Below, one piece after another: positions 28,943 through 38,501 of a stretch of 53,393 bases of DNA (position 1 is its first letter; the number at the start of each line of letters is the position of its first letter). The DNA is from Lachnospiraceae bacterium. Its GTDB lineage: Bacteria > Bacillota_I > Bacilli_A > RFN20 > CAG-826. The notes below the pieces were generated by a model. The model was not told the origin of the DNA. It searched no databases and saw only the letters and a list, made by a program, of their open reading frames with translations. The translations under genes and the position numbers were made by a program. The DNA lies in NCBI GenBank assembly GCA_963661135.1, contig CAVKZO010000003.1, positions 1 to 53,393 on the forward strand, read 5' to 3'.

Positions 28943-29419
28943 ATGAATACAAAGATTATCAAACCAAAAGCTTCATCAATTCTAAAAGTCTACATTCCTG
29001 TGATGCTAATCTTACTTATTGCAATCTACGGATTGCTATCTTCTAGATTTAAATGGGCTTACGCTGAAGGAGATAAAACTAGTTACATTCTTAAAGATTT
29101 ATTAGTCGTTTTAGGATGGTCAGTTTTATTTGTTGTATTTTTAATTTTAATGTTAAAGAAAAATTATTACGAAATAACAAAAAAAGAATTAATCCATAAA
29201 AGATTTGTAAACGAAGTCACATATTCTTTCGATAATGTAATTTATATCGATGAAGAATATACAATAAAACACAACACCCTTCTCTTTTACAATAAAGAAG
29301 GAAAATCTTTATTCTTAGTAATGGATAAAAAAGGTGAATTATTAAAGATTTTTAAACAAAATTGCCATAATTTAAAAAGTCATGACGAAGTTTTTAAGAA
29401 CAAAGGTATTAAATTATAA
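28943..29419 (+). CDS. Small membrane protein: 2 TM helices plus a bacterial PH-like (bPH_2-like) cytoplasmic domain
   Basis: Two hydrophobic helices are present (VYIPVMLILLIAIYGLL and LLVVLGWSVLFVVFLILML). They are followed by YYEITKKELIHKRF..., which resembles YdbS/YdbT-type PH domains. The gene is divergent from the jetA-like gene. Confidence 0.5.
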   Translation: MNTKIIKPKASSILKVYIPVMLILLIAIYGLLSSRFKWAYAEGDKTSYILKDLLVVLGWSVLFVVFLILMLKKNYYEITKKELIHKRFVNEVTYSFDNVIYIDEEYTIKHNTLLFYNKEGKSLFLVMDKKGELLKIFKQNCHNLKSHDEVFKNKGIKL

Positions 29420-29427
29420 TAATTATT

Positions 29428-29456
29428 TTGATTTTATATTTAAATTGTGATATATT
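29428..29456 (+). promoter_or_regulatory. Putative promoter of rpmB-rpsT
   Basis: The sequence reads TTGATT, a 17-nt spacer, then TATATT, with a TG at -15/-14 (TGATATATT). Confidence 0.5.
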
Positions 29457-29482
29457 TTATAAGCATTGTAGGAGGAATAGAT

Positions 29483-29680
29483 ATGTCAAGAGTTTGTCAA
29501 ATTACAGGTAAACACCCAATTAGTGGTAACAAAAGAAGCCATTCATTAATTGCTACTCGTAGAAGATGGAATGTAAATTTACATACTTACAAAGTTGAAA
29601 TTAATGGAAAAGTATATAAAGTTAGAATGAGTGCTAGAGCTTATAAGACACTTAACAAAACATCAAAGAAAGAAGCATAA
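29483..29680 (+). CDS. rpmB: 50S ribosomal protein L28
   Basis: The sequence [33 protein letters not shown] is a canonical L28 N-terminus. A GGAGG SD (29471-29475) lies 7 nt upstream. The ORF-track start at 29447 adds 12 non-homologous residues. Confidence 0.93.
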   Translation: MSRVCQITGKHPISGNKRSHSLIATRRRWNVNLHTYKVEINGKVYKVRMSARAYKTLNKTSKKEA

Positions 29681-29695
29681 TAAGAGGTATACAAA

Positions 29696-29962
29696 ATGGC
29701 AAATATTAAATCACAAAAAAAGAGAATTCTCACAAACGAAAAATCAAGACAAAGAAATGTTGCTTATAAATCAAAATTAAGAACTGCAATGAAAGCTGTT
29801 CGTGTAGCTGTTGAAGCTAAAGATGAAAAAGCAGCAAGCGAAAAATTAGTTCTTGCTTTTAGCGTTATCGATAGAGCTGTCAGCAAAGGTATCGAAACAA
29901 AAGGTACTGCAAGCAGACAAAAATCAAATCTCTCTAAACTTGTTAACAGTTTAAAGAAATAG
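29696..29962 (+). CDS. rpsT: 30S ribosomal protein S20
   Basis: The N-terminus MANIKSQKKRILTNEKSRQRN is typical of S20. The product is 88 aa. Confidence 0.93.
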   Translation: MANIKSQKKRILTNEKSRQRNVAYKSKLRTAMKAVRVAVEAKDEKAASEKLVLAFSVIDRAVSKGIETKGTASRQKSNLSKLVNSLKK

Positions 29963-29987
29963 TCGTTCTTCCTAATAATCTACAATC

Positions 29988-30016
29988 AAAAAACTCGATA
30001 ATATCGAGTTTTTTTT
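29988..30016. terminator. Bidirectional terminator between convergent rpsT and holA
   Basis: The arms aaaaaactcgat and atcgagtttttt form a hairpin with a 3-nt loop. An A-run and a T-run flank it. Confidence 0.8.
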
Positions 30017-30018
30017 AT

Positions 30019-30981
30019 TTAAAAATTCAATATAAACAATTCAAAATTATAAAATCTATCCACTTCATTATGCTTTATTTTTTTATCTAAAATAAATAGA
30101 TCGTTTAAAGCTTTTTTAATTTTTAATCCATCTATGCTTCTAAGATTCCTTAAAGTCATCTTAACTCTATAAGGATGAGCATCCAGTTTACTAGCTATAT
30201 TACTTTCTGAATAGTTTTCTTTATCAAGACTATATACCAAATCATAAAATATTAATTGACTTGTAATTAAATTCATTAAAATTACTGGCTCAATACCACT
30301 AGTGATTCTTAATTCTTTATAAATCTTATAAGCTTTTTCTTTATCATCACTCAATAAAGCATTAACGAATTCAAATGCATTATCTTCTAAAGGCTTTGTA
30401 AATATTTTATCTACATCTTCATATTTAATATCGTTCATTTTATAAAGAATCAATTTATTCACTTCGTTATTAAAAATATTTAAATCGTTTTGACTTCTTA
30501 AAACAATCTCATCAATAGCTTTTTGTTCTATTGAAATTTTTCTAGATTCAAAATATTTTTTAACAAATAAAGGCCACTCTTCTTTTGAAACATCTTTTAA
30601 TTCATAAATTTTTCCTTTTTCTTTTATTTTTTTAAATATATTGCTTTTTTGATTTATCTTACTTGAATTTAACACAAAAATTAAAGTAGTCAATTCATTT
30701 TCATTATCTAGATACTTTAAAATATTAGTTTCATTATTATCTACTAAAATCTTTTTAGTAGGTTTTTCACTAGATAAATAATAGGCATCTTTAACTATTA
30801 CAACTTTTTTATCGCATATTAAAGAAAGCTGTTCACATTCATTTCTAACTTCATCTAAAGAATCTTCGTAACCATTAAATTCAATAGTATTAGCTTCTTC
30901 ACCTTGAAAAATATCATTAACAATTTTTTTTAATTGTTTTTTGATCATTAAATTTTGGTTACCAAATAAAAGAATTGCCAT
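30019..30981 (-). CDS. holA: DNA polymerase III delta subunit
   Basis: The size (320 aa), the helical C-terminal half and the convergent position next to rpsT (as with B. subtilis holA/yqeN) support the call. Sequence motifs are weak. Confidence 0.6.
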   Translation of the reverse strand: MAILLFGNQNLMIKKQLKKIVNDIFQGEEANTIEFNGYEDSLDEVRNECEQLSLICDKKVVIVKDAYYLSSEKPTKKILVDNNETNILKYLDNENELTTLIFVLNSSKINQKSNIFKKIKEKGKIYELKDVSKEEWPLFVKKYFESRKISIEQKAIDEIVLRSQNDLNIFNNEVNKLILYKMNDIKYEDVDKIFTKPLEDNAFEFVNALLSDDKEKAYKIYKELRITSGIEPVILMNLITSQLIFYDLVYSLDKENYSESNIASKLDAHPYRVKMTLRNLRSIDGLKIKKALNDLFILDKKIKHNEVDRFYNFELFILNF

Positions 30982-32120
30982 TAATAATTTTTAACCTTTC
31001 CTTTGTAGTATACTTTATCGATCAGTCCTCCTCCTAACATACAACCTTCACTATCGTAAATTACTGCAGCTTGTCCAGGAGTGACAGATTTATAAGACTC
31101 ATCAAAAATCAACTTTATAGTATTTTCATCAACATTAACTAATGTGCACCCATTATCTTTTTGACGATATCTAAATTTAACAAAAACATGAGTATTATCT
31201 TCTATTCTCCCATTAAAGAAATTTAAATTATTAACTGTACAATAATCACCTAATAAATATTCATCTTCATCATTACTAGCAACGTAAAGAACATTATTTT
31301 TAACATCTTTTCTTGAAACGAACCATCCACCTTTATTGTTAACACCTTTAATACCACCGATTCCTAATCCTTTTCTTTGACCTAATGTGTAATACATTAC
31401 TCCATCATGTTTTCCTAAAATTTTATTGGTTCCTTCTTCTTTGATGTCACCTTGTTTACTAGGCAAATAGTTTTCTAAAAATTGTTTAAAATTTCTTTCA
31501 CCGATAAAACAAACTCCAGTAGAATCTTTTTTATCTTTAACACTACTTAAATTTAATTTATGAGCAATTTCTCTAACTTCTTCTTTATCAATATCACCTA
31601 AAGGGAATAAACAACTCGCTAATTGATCATGAGATATTTGGCTCAAAAAATATGTTTGATCTTTATTTAAATCGTGAGCTTTATATAAATATACTTTTCC
31701 ATCTTTATCAACTCTTTTAGCATAGTGTCCCATCGCTATCATCTCACATCCATTTTTCTTTGCAAAATCTAAAAATGGGCCGAATTTAATATATTTATTG
31801 CAAAAAACATCAGGATTTGGAGTACGACCTTTTTTATATTCATCTAAAAAATATGTGAAGACATTATCCCAATATTCTTTAATAAAATCGATCCTTAAAA
31901 ATGGTAAATTCAAGTCTTCAGCAACTTTTTTAGCATCTAAATAATCTTGTTCTTGAGGACAAATATTGTTATTTACAGCAGGATTTCCTAATACATCGTT
32001 ATTTAACATACTATCCCAGTTTCTCATAAAGCAACAAACTACATCGTAACCTTGAGACTTTAATAAATAAGCAGCTACAGCACTATCGACACCGCCACTT
32101 AAACCCAACATAACTTTCAT
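30981..32120 (-). CDS. mnmA: tRNA 2-thiouridine(34) synthase
   Basis: It has the PP-loop GLSGGVDSAV and MnmA blocks (GRTPNPDVFCNKYIKF, DQTYFL). The product is 379 aa. Confidence 0.95.
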   Translation of the reverse strand: MKVMLGLSGGVDSAVAAYLLKSQGYDVVCCFMRNWDSMLNNDVLGNPAVNNNICPQEQDYLDAKKVAEDLNLPFLRIDFIKEYWDNVFTYFLDEYKKGRTPNPDVFCNKYIKFGPFLDFAKKNGCEMIAMGHYAKRVDKDGKVYLYKAHDLNKDQTYFLSQISHDQLASCLFPLGDIDKEEVREIAHKLNLSSVKDKKDSTGVCFIGERNFKQFLENYLPSKQGDIKEEGTNKILGKHDGVMYYTLGQRKGLGIGGIKGVNNKGGWFVSRKDVKNNVLYVASNDEDEYLLGDYCTVNNLNFFNGRIEDNTHVFVKFRYRQKDNGCTLVNVDENTIKLIFDESYKSVTPGQAAVIYDSEGCMLGGGLIDKVYYKGKVKNY

Positions 32121-32569
32121 AAACCTAACTCCTTAGAATCAATAACTAGAGTAAATGGCCCATCATTTATCAAATTAACTTTCATATCCGCACCAAATAC
32201 TCCAGTTTTAACAACATATCCTTCATCAAATAATAACGAATTAAAATATTCGTATAATCCATTAGCTTTTTCATATGCTAAACAATTTACAAATGAAGGG
32301 CGATTTCCATGTCTACAATCTGCATATAGCGTAAATTGAGACACCGATAATATTTCTCCATTAATTGACTTTAAATTTAAATTTGTCTTTCCGTTTTCAT
32401 CTTGGAAAATTCTTAAATTTAATACTTTTTGAACTACTTTTTTAACTATTTCTTCATTATCTCCTTCAGTAAAAGAGACGAGAAGCATATAACCTCTATC
32501 GATTGATGAATATACTTTTCCATCGATTGAAACACTTGCATTTAAAACATTTTGTAAAACGATTCTCAT
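32117..32569 (-). CDS. dtd: D-aminoacyl-tRNA deacylase
   Basis: The 150-aa product starts MRIVLQNV and carries SQFTLYAD and NDGPFT motifs. Its TGA stop overlaps the mnmA ATG (ATGA). Confidence 0.92.
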   Translation of the reverse strand: MRIVLQNVLNASVSIDGKVYSSIDRGYMLLVSFTEGDNEEIVKKVVQKVLNLRIFQDENGKTNLNLKSINGEILSVSQFTLYADCRHGNRPSFVNCLAYEKANGLYEYFNSLLFDEGYVVKTGVFGADMKVNLINDGPFTLVIDSKELGL

Positions 32570-32578
32570 AATAATATT

Positions 32579-34465
32579 CTATAACTTTTTATTCTTTTCT
32601 AAAATATCAACAATCTCTAAATATCTATATTCCAATTCATCCTTTTCTTCTTGTAATTCTTCAATTAATTTATAATTAACAAAATCATCTTCTTCTAACG
32701 ATTTATCAATATCACTCATTCTTAATTCTATATCTTCCATCTCTTTTTCGTATTCTAATATTTTATTATTAGAAAGTTTTTCTTTTTTAACGATAGTAGG
32801 GGTTTCAAGTTCTTTAATTGAAGCAACTTTTAACTCTTCATTCATCTTTTCTAAACAGTGATATAAACGATTGTAATCACCTTCTATAAATAAAATATTA
32901 TTTCTAGATAAATATAAAACATTAGTAGCTAATTCGTTAATAAAATAACGATCGTGAGAAATAAAAATAATTGCTCCATCATAGTTTTTTAAAGCGTTAA
33001 TCAAGCATTCTTTTGTTATCATATCTAAATGGTTTGTAGGTTCATCAAGCAATAATAATTCATAACCTGATAGAGAGAATGAGCAGAGAATTAATCTCAT
33101 TTTTTCGCCATTAGACATTGAAGAGGTATTTTTATAAACATCCTCACCTTTAAATTGAAATCTTCCTAAAATAGTGCGTAATTCCTTATCTAATTTAGCT
33201 GGATATTTGTTTTTTAAATAAGATAAAGCAGATTCATTTTCATTAAAAATATAATCATTTTGTTTTATGTAACCATAGTTGATTTTTCTAACTTCTTTTA
33301 TAGTTCCATTAATTGGTTTAATCTCGCCTAAAAGAGTTTTTATAAGTGTAGTTTTCCCAATTCCATTATCACCACAAACCGCTATTTTATCTTGTCCATA
33401 GCAAGAAAAAGAAAATGGAGGAGTAAGTGGGAAATCATATCCAATTACTAAATCTTTTACCTCTAACAATTGCTTATTTTTTAGATTACTACCATCTATT
33501 TTAAGCTTAATGCTTTTGTCTTCTTTTGTAGGTAATTCAACTCTATTTTTTTCTATTTTTTCTAACTTGTGTTCTCTATCTTTCGCTCTAGAAGTAAATC
33601 TTGGTTTAGGTTTATAAAATTCGATGAATCTTTTAATTTTTTCAATCTCTTTCTCTTCTCTTTTAGCTAATTTTAAAAGTGAATTATACCTTGTTTCTTT
33701 ATCGACTAAATAGTGATTATAATCCATATTATATATCTCAATTTTATGATTTTCTAATTCAAATACCCTAGTCGCTAAAGATTCTAAAAAATATCTATCG
33801 TGAGAAATAAAAAATATGGTTCCGTTATATGATTTTAAAAATTGTTCTAGCCATTCAATCGTCGATATATCTAAATGATTAGTAGGTTCATCTAAAAGCA
33901 AAACATCATAATTAAATAAAAGAATTTTGATGAAAGCTATCTTCATTCTTTCTCCACCACTTAGACTTTTAATAATTCTATTTTTGATAGATAAGTCAAA
34001 ACCAAATTTTGAAATCATCTCATTAATTTCAATTTCGTATGTGTATCCCCTCTCTTTTTGAAAATCTTTCAATATTTCATCATATTTAATTAAAAGATTT
34101 TCGTCGTTGGGGTTATCTTTAATTTTTCCTGTAATAGCTTCGAGTTGCTTTTGTATTTCAAATGTTTTTTTAAAAGCGTCTAAAAGTTCTTCATAAACTG
34201 TAGACTCAACGTTTTTAATAGCATTTTGATCTAAATAACCTACTGAGATACCGTTTAAAATCGAAATATCCCCAGGTTTATCTTCTTTTGCAACAAGTGT
34301 AGGTTCTTCTTTTTTTAAAATCATCTTAAAAATAGTTGTTTTCCCTGCACCATTATTTCCGATTAAAGCAACTTTATCTCCTTTGTTAACGCTAAAACTT
34401 ACATGATCTAAAATCAAATCATTAATATAATATTTAGTAACATTAGAAAAAGAGATTAAAGCCAT
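32579..34465 (-). CDS. ABC-F family ATPase (translation-associated, Uup/YdiF-like)
   Basis: It has two NBDs (Walker A GNNGAGKTT and GDNGIGKTT; signatures LSGGERMK and MSNGEKMR) and no TM segments. A linker of about 80 aa and a charged coiled-coil C-terminal extension are present. Confidence 0.9.
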   Translation of the reverse strand: MALISFSNVTKYYINDLILDHVSFSVNKGDKVALIGNNGAGKTTIFKMILKKEEPTLVAKEDKPGDISILNGISVGYLDQNAIKNVESTVYEELLDAFKKTFEIQKQLEAITGKIKDNPNDENLLIKYDEILKDFQKERGYTYEIEINEMISKFGFDLSIKNRIIKSLSGGERMKIAFIKILLFNYDVLLLDEPTNHLDISTIEWLEQFLKSYNGTIFFISHDRYFLESLATRVFELENHKIEIYNMDYNHYLVDKETRYNSLLKLAKREEKEIEKIKRFIEFYKPKPRFTSRAKDREHKLEKIEKNRVELPTKEDKSIKLKIDGSNLKNKQLLEVKDLVIGYDFPLTPPFSFSCYGQDKIAVCGDNGIGKTTLIKTLLGEIKPINGTIKEVRKINYGYIKQNDYIFNENESALSYLKNKYPAKLDKELRTILGRFQFKGEDVYKNTSSMSNGEKMRLILCSFSLSGYELLLLDEPTNHLDMITKECLINALKNYDGAIIFISHDRYFINELATNVLYLSRNNILFIEGDYNRLYHCLEKMNEELKVASIKELETPTIVKKEKLSNNKILEYEKEMEDIELRMSDIDKSLEEDDFVNYKLIEELQEEKDELEYRYLEIVDILEKNKKL

Positions 34466-34467
34466 AA

Positions 34468-36228
34468 TTAATTTTCAAATTGAGCATTAAATAATTTTGA
34501 ATAAAATCCATTTTTATTCATTAATTCACTATGATTTCCTGTTTCAATTATATGTCCATCTTTCATGACAATTATAATATCACTATTGATAATTGTAGAG
34601 AGTCTATGAGCGATAATAAAGCTAGTTCTACCTTCTGTTAAAGAAGCGAAAGCTTTGACAATCTTCTTTTCAGTACGAGTATCAATATTACTTGTAGCTT
34701 CATCTAAAATAACGATTTCTGGTTTTGCTAAAATGACTCTAGCGATAGTGATCAATTGTTTTTCTCCGCTGCTCAATCCTGAATCATCACTTATGATAGT
34801 GTTGAAACCATTAGGTAATCTAGATATAAAACTATATGCATTCGCTTGCTTTGCTGCTTCAATAACCTCTTCATCACTAGCATCTTGTCTTGAATATCTA
34901 ATATTATCAAAAACCGTTCCTTTAAATATCCAAGTTTCTTGTAAAACTAAACCAATATGTTTTCTAATTTCTTTCTTTTTAAATTCAACACTTGGAGTAT
35001 TATTAAAATCAATGCTTCCAGAATTAGTATCGTAATATCTCATAATTAAGTTAATCATTGTAGTCTTACCACATCCTGTAGGTCCAACGATAGCAACTTT
35101 AGTACCTTTTTTAACTTCTAACGAAAAATCTTCAATCAATGGTCTATCTTTAACATAACTAAAGAAAACATCATTGAATTTAATATCTTCGACTAATTCA
35201 TTTAACTCTTTATTACCATTATCAATATCATCGGCATTATTTAATACTTCATTTATTCTTTTAAACGAAGTGTATCCTTGCTGAATTTCACCTATACAAG
35301 ATGACATTTCATCTAAAGGTTTAGCAAACTTATTAGCGTATTGTAAAAATGATGTAATAATACCAATTGTACAAGTTGCACCTAAAATATAATCACTTCC
35401 ACCCTTACTACTTACAACGCATAAAATAGTTCCTACAATACATAATATAGCGTAAATTGTATTGTTAATGATTCTTGTACTAGGATTAATTAAGCTTGAA
35501 GAGAATTGAGCTTTTCTACCAACTTTAAACAAATTATCATTAATTTGATAGAAGCTATCTAATGATTTTCCTTCAAAATTAAAAGATTTAATCACATTAA
35601 TATTATTTAAATCTTCTAATATTTTAGCTCCGACTTCACCTTGAATTTTAGCTTGTTTTTTAAAGTCTTTAGATACTGATTTTGCAACTTTATATGATAC
35701 TAAAAATCCAAATGGAGTTAAACATAATACGATTAATGCTAATATCCAGTTAAGCCAGAACATGAATCCAATTGTAAACATAATTGTTATCACACCTTGA
35801 TAAAATTGTTTAAAACATCCATTAATTCCAAGTAAAACATAATCTACATCATTAACTAATCTAGAAATTAAATCTCCATGAGTATGTGTGTCGATATAAT
35901 TAATGCTAACTGTATTAAACTTTTTAAAGATATCGTTTTTCATATCTTTAGTAATGTTTTCAATAATTATTCCAGTTAAAATATTAAATAAATAATTAAA
36001 TAAAACTAATAAAGCAACGAGTAACCCAATAAGTGATAAATAAGTTTTAATATTAGATACGTCGGTCACTTTACCTTCGATATATTTAGCTAAAATATCG
36101 ATGATTTGACCTGTAAAATAAGGAATTAAAACATCACAACAAACAAAAATCAAAGCAAAAAATAGCGAACAAATTAATAATAATTTATATTTACTAATAT
36201 ATTTTAAAAGTCTTTTAATATCGCTCAT
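34468..36228 (-). CDS. ABC exporter permease/ATPase, subunit with canonical Walker B and H-loop but a deviant signature
   Basis: It is a 6-TM N-terminal half plus an NBD. Motifs are GPTGCGKTT, the signature LSSGEKQ (instead of LSGGQ), Walker B VILDEATSNID and H-loop IIAHRLST. Confidence 0.9.
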   Translation of the reverse strand: MSDIKRLLKYISKYKLLLICSLFFALIFVCCDVLIPYFTGQIIDILAKYIEGKVTDVSNIKTYLSLIGLLVALLVLFNYLFNILTGIIIENITKDMKNDIFKKFNTVSINYIDTHTHGDLISRLVNDVDYVLLGINGCFKQFYQGVITIMFTIGFMFWLNWILALIVLCLTPFGFLVSYKVAKSVSKDFKKQAKIQGEVGAKILEDLNNINVIKSFNFEGKSLDSFYQINDNLFKVGRKAQFSSSLINPSTRIINNTIYAILCIVGTILCVVSSKGGSDYILGATCTIGIITSFLQYANKFAKPLDEMSSCIGEIQQGYTSFKRINEVLNNADDIDNGNKELNELVEDIKFNDVFFSYVKDRPLIEDFSLEVKKGTKVAIVGPTGCGKTTMINLIMRYYDTNSGSIDFNNTPSVEFKKKEIRKHIGLVLQETWIFKGTVFDNIRYSRQDASDEEVIEAAKQANAYSFISRLPNGFNTIISDDSGLSSGEKQLITIARVILAKPEIVILDEATSNIDTRTEKKIVKAFASLTEGRTSFIIAHRLSTIINSDIIIVMKDGHIIETGNHSELMNKNGFYSKLFNAQFEN

Positions 36229-36229
36229 A

Positions 36230-37975
36230 CTATTTATTCCTCACTTGTGATTCATAAATCTCTTTATAAATTTCGCAATTATTCATTAAATAATCGTTAT
36301 TTCCGCTTGCAACAATTTTACCGTGATCCATAACATAAATCACGTCACATCCTGAAAGAGATGATACTCTTTGAGAAATGATCAATGTTGTTTTATTCGT
36401 CATTTTAATATTTGCTCTTACTTCTTTATCAGTTAAGTAATCTAATGCAGAAGTAGAATCGTCTAAAATTAATAATTCAGAATCTTTAATTAAAGATCTA
36501 GCGATGGATAATCTTTGTCTTTGACCTCCAGAAAAGTTTCTACCATTTTCTCTGACTGGATGATTTATTCCATCACTATATGAAGAAACAAACTCATAAG
36601 CTTTTGATTGTTTTAAAGCTTCAATAATTTCTTCATCACTAGCGTCGCTTTTTCCCATTAAAATATTTGATTTAATTGTGCCATTCATCAATGAAGCTTT
36701 TTGATCAACTAAACTCACTTCATCTCTTAAAGAAATTAAATTATAATCTTTAATATTTACACCTTTATAAATAACTTCACCCTTACAAGCATCTAAAAAT
36801 CTTTCAATCAATTTAATAATCGTTGTTTTACCAGCACCAGTTCCCCCGATTACTCCGACAGTTTGACCTTTATCAATCTTAAAATTAATATCAGATACGA
36901 CATAATTTTCTCCGCTATATGATACGCTAACATCTTTTAATTCAACTAAAGTATCTCCGCTATTAATTTTTATATCTTTAATTGTTCCTTCGTTTTTAAT
37001 AGTTAGTTCATAATTTAAAAGATTATTAATTCTAGTATTAGAAGCAAATCCTTTTGTAAATGCAACAATTAAGTTGCATACGACAATTAACGCCAATAAT
37101 ATTTGGTTTAAATAAGAAATTAAAGCGACTACATCACCTTTTAATAAGCTAGATTGCGAAGGATCAATTGATCCAGTTATAATCTTGGATGATAGCAATA
37201 AAACGCCAATAATAGCGACATTAACAATTAACATAGTCAGCGGATTTATCAATTCATTAACAAATATAGCTACTTTGCTTTCTTTATAGTAGTTATTTGT
37301 TAATATTTTATATTCGTCAATTTCTTTATCTTCATTATTAAAAGCCTTTATTACTCTAATACCATTAATATCATCATTAGCTTTAGTTACGATCTTATCG
37401 TTTTCCTTTTGAACTTTTAAATATTGTTTGCTAGATACTTTAAGAATAATAAAATATATAGCTACAACTAAAGGAATGATTGCTAAATAAATCAAAGAAA
37501 TCTTCCAATCGATTAAAGCCGCACAAATTAAAGATCCAATAACTAACACAGGAGCTCTAATAACAAGTCGAATTAACATAGCGATCACTGTTTGAATTCT
37601 ATTAACATCATTAGTTAATATATTCATTAAATTTCCTTTATCTAATTTTTCTAAATCAATAGTAGATAAACTCATTATTTTCCTATAAACTCTATTTCTT
37701 AAATCTGTCCCAGTTCCTTGAGAAGCGATACTTGCAAAATATTGACATACGAATGTTGTGCCATATCCTGCTAAAGCAAATACAATCATCAATACTCCAG
37801 GAATAATAATGTGATTATAATTTCCATATTTTATAGCGTTAGTTAATCCAGTATCGACAATATATTTCATTAAAAAAGGGGTAAGTAATTCAAAAACGAC
37901 CTCTATGACTTTAAACATAGGCCCAAGAATCATATATTTCTTATATTTTTTTGTTGAATCGAACGCTTTTTCCAT
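36230..37975 (-). CDS. ABC exporter permease/ATPase, subunit with degenerate catalytic residues
   Basis: It is a TMD plus an NBD. Motifs are GGTGAGKTT, the canonical signature FSGGQRQR, Walker B LILDDSTSALD (catalytic Glu replaced by Asp) and H-loop position IISQRVSS (His replaced by Gln). Confidence 0.9.
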   Translation of the reverse strand: MEKAFDSTKKYKKYMILGPMFKVIEVVFELLTPFLMKYIVDTGLTNAIKYGNYNHIIIPGVLMIVFALAGYGTTFVCQYFASIASQGTGTDLRNRVYRKIMSLSTIDLEKLDKGNLMNILTNDVNRIQTVIAMLIRLVIRAPVLVIGSLICAALIDWKISLIYLAIIPLVVAIYFIILKVSSKQYLKVQKENDKIVTKANDDINGIRVIKAFNNEDKEIDEYKILTNNYYKESKVAIFVNELINPLTMLIVNVAIIGVLLLSSKIITGSIDPSQSSLLKGDVVALISYLNQILLALIVVCNLIVAFTKGFASNTRINNLLNYELTIKNEGTIKDIKINSGDTLVELKDVSVSYSGENYVVSDINFKIDKGQTVGVIGGTGAGKTTIIKLIERFLDACKGEVIYKGVNIKDYNLISLRDEVSLVDQKASLMNGTIKSNILMGKSDASDEEIIEALKQSKAYEFVSSYSDGINHPVRENGRNFSGGQRQRLSIARSLIKDSELLILDDSTSALDYLTDKEVRANIKMTNKTTLIISQRVSSLSGCDVIYVMDHGKIVASGNNDYLMNNCEIYKEIYESQVRNK

Positions 37976-37989
37976 ACTAAATACCCATT

Positions 37990-38020
37990 AAAAAAACTCT
38001 ATTTATTATAGAGTTTTTTT
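37990..38020. terminator. Terminator after rpsO
   Basis: The stem is actctat/atagagt extended by a 6-bp A/T stem, with loop ttatt. The whole 67-nt rpsO-ABC gap is taken up by this hairpin. Confidence 0.7.
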
Positions 38021-38042
38021 GTTTTCTTTTCACTAATAATAA

Positions 38043-38312
38043 TTATTTTCTTAAGCCAAGTTTTGCAATTAATTTAGCATAAGCATCTCTGTCTGTTCTT
38101 TCTAAATAAGCAAGAAGAGATTTTCTTTTACCAACTTGAATTAATAATCCACGTCTAGCGATACTGTCTTTATCATTTTTCTTTAAGTGTTCAGTTAAAT
38201 TTTTTATTCTTTCTGTAGCTAAAGCGATTTGAACTTCAACACTTCCAGTATCAACTTTAGATTTACCATAGTTAGCAACTATTTCGCTTTTTTGTTTTTT
38301 GTCTAAAGCCAT
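38043..38312 (-). CDS. rpsO: 30S ribosomal protein S15
   Basis: The 89-aa product has S15 blocks (GSVEVQIALATERIKNLTEHLK, SIARRGLLIQVGKRKSLLAYL). Confidence 0.95.
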   Translation of the reverse strand: MALDKKQKSEIVANYGKSKVDTGSVEVQIALATERIKNLTEHLKKNDKDSIARRGLLIQVGKRKSLLAYLERTDRDAYAKLIAKLGLRK

Positions 38313-38391
38313 ATTTTTCTCCTTTCAATAATATTCGCACAAATCAAAGTATTCGTTGGAGTTTCGAGATACTAAGATTGAGTACTTGATA

Positions 38392-38420
38392 AATATACTA
38401 GTTTTATCTTTAATTATCAA
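38392..38420 (-). promoter_or_regulatory. Putative rpsO promoter; the 5' UTR of about 75 nt may be an S15 autoregulatory leader
   Basis: The minus strand reads TTGATA (38415-38420), a 17-nt spacer, then TATATT (38392-38397). The leader structure was not evaluated. Confidence 0.5.
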
Positions 38421-38501
38421 GAAAAATATATTTTTGAGAATCTTAATAACAATATTAAATTATTGTTTAAATATCCATCTATTTTCTAATATAATAAATA
38501 T

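Noticed and set aside
29447-29482. A 12-residue N-terminal extension of L28 from the ORF track.
   Set aside because: The GGAGG SD (29471-29475) lies inside the extension. The canonical L28 N-terminus [10 protein letters not shown] starts at 29483.
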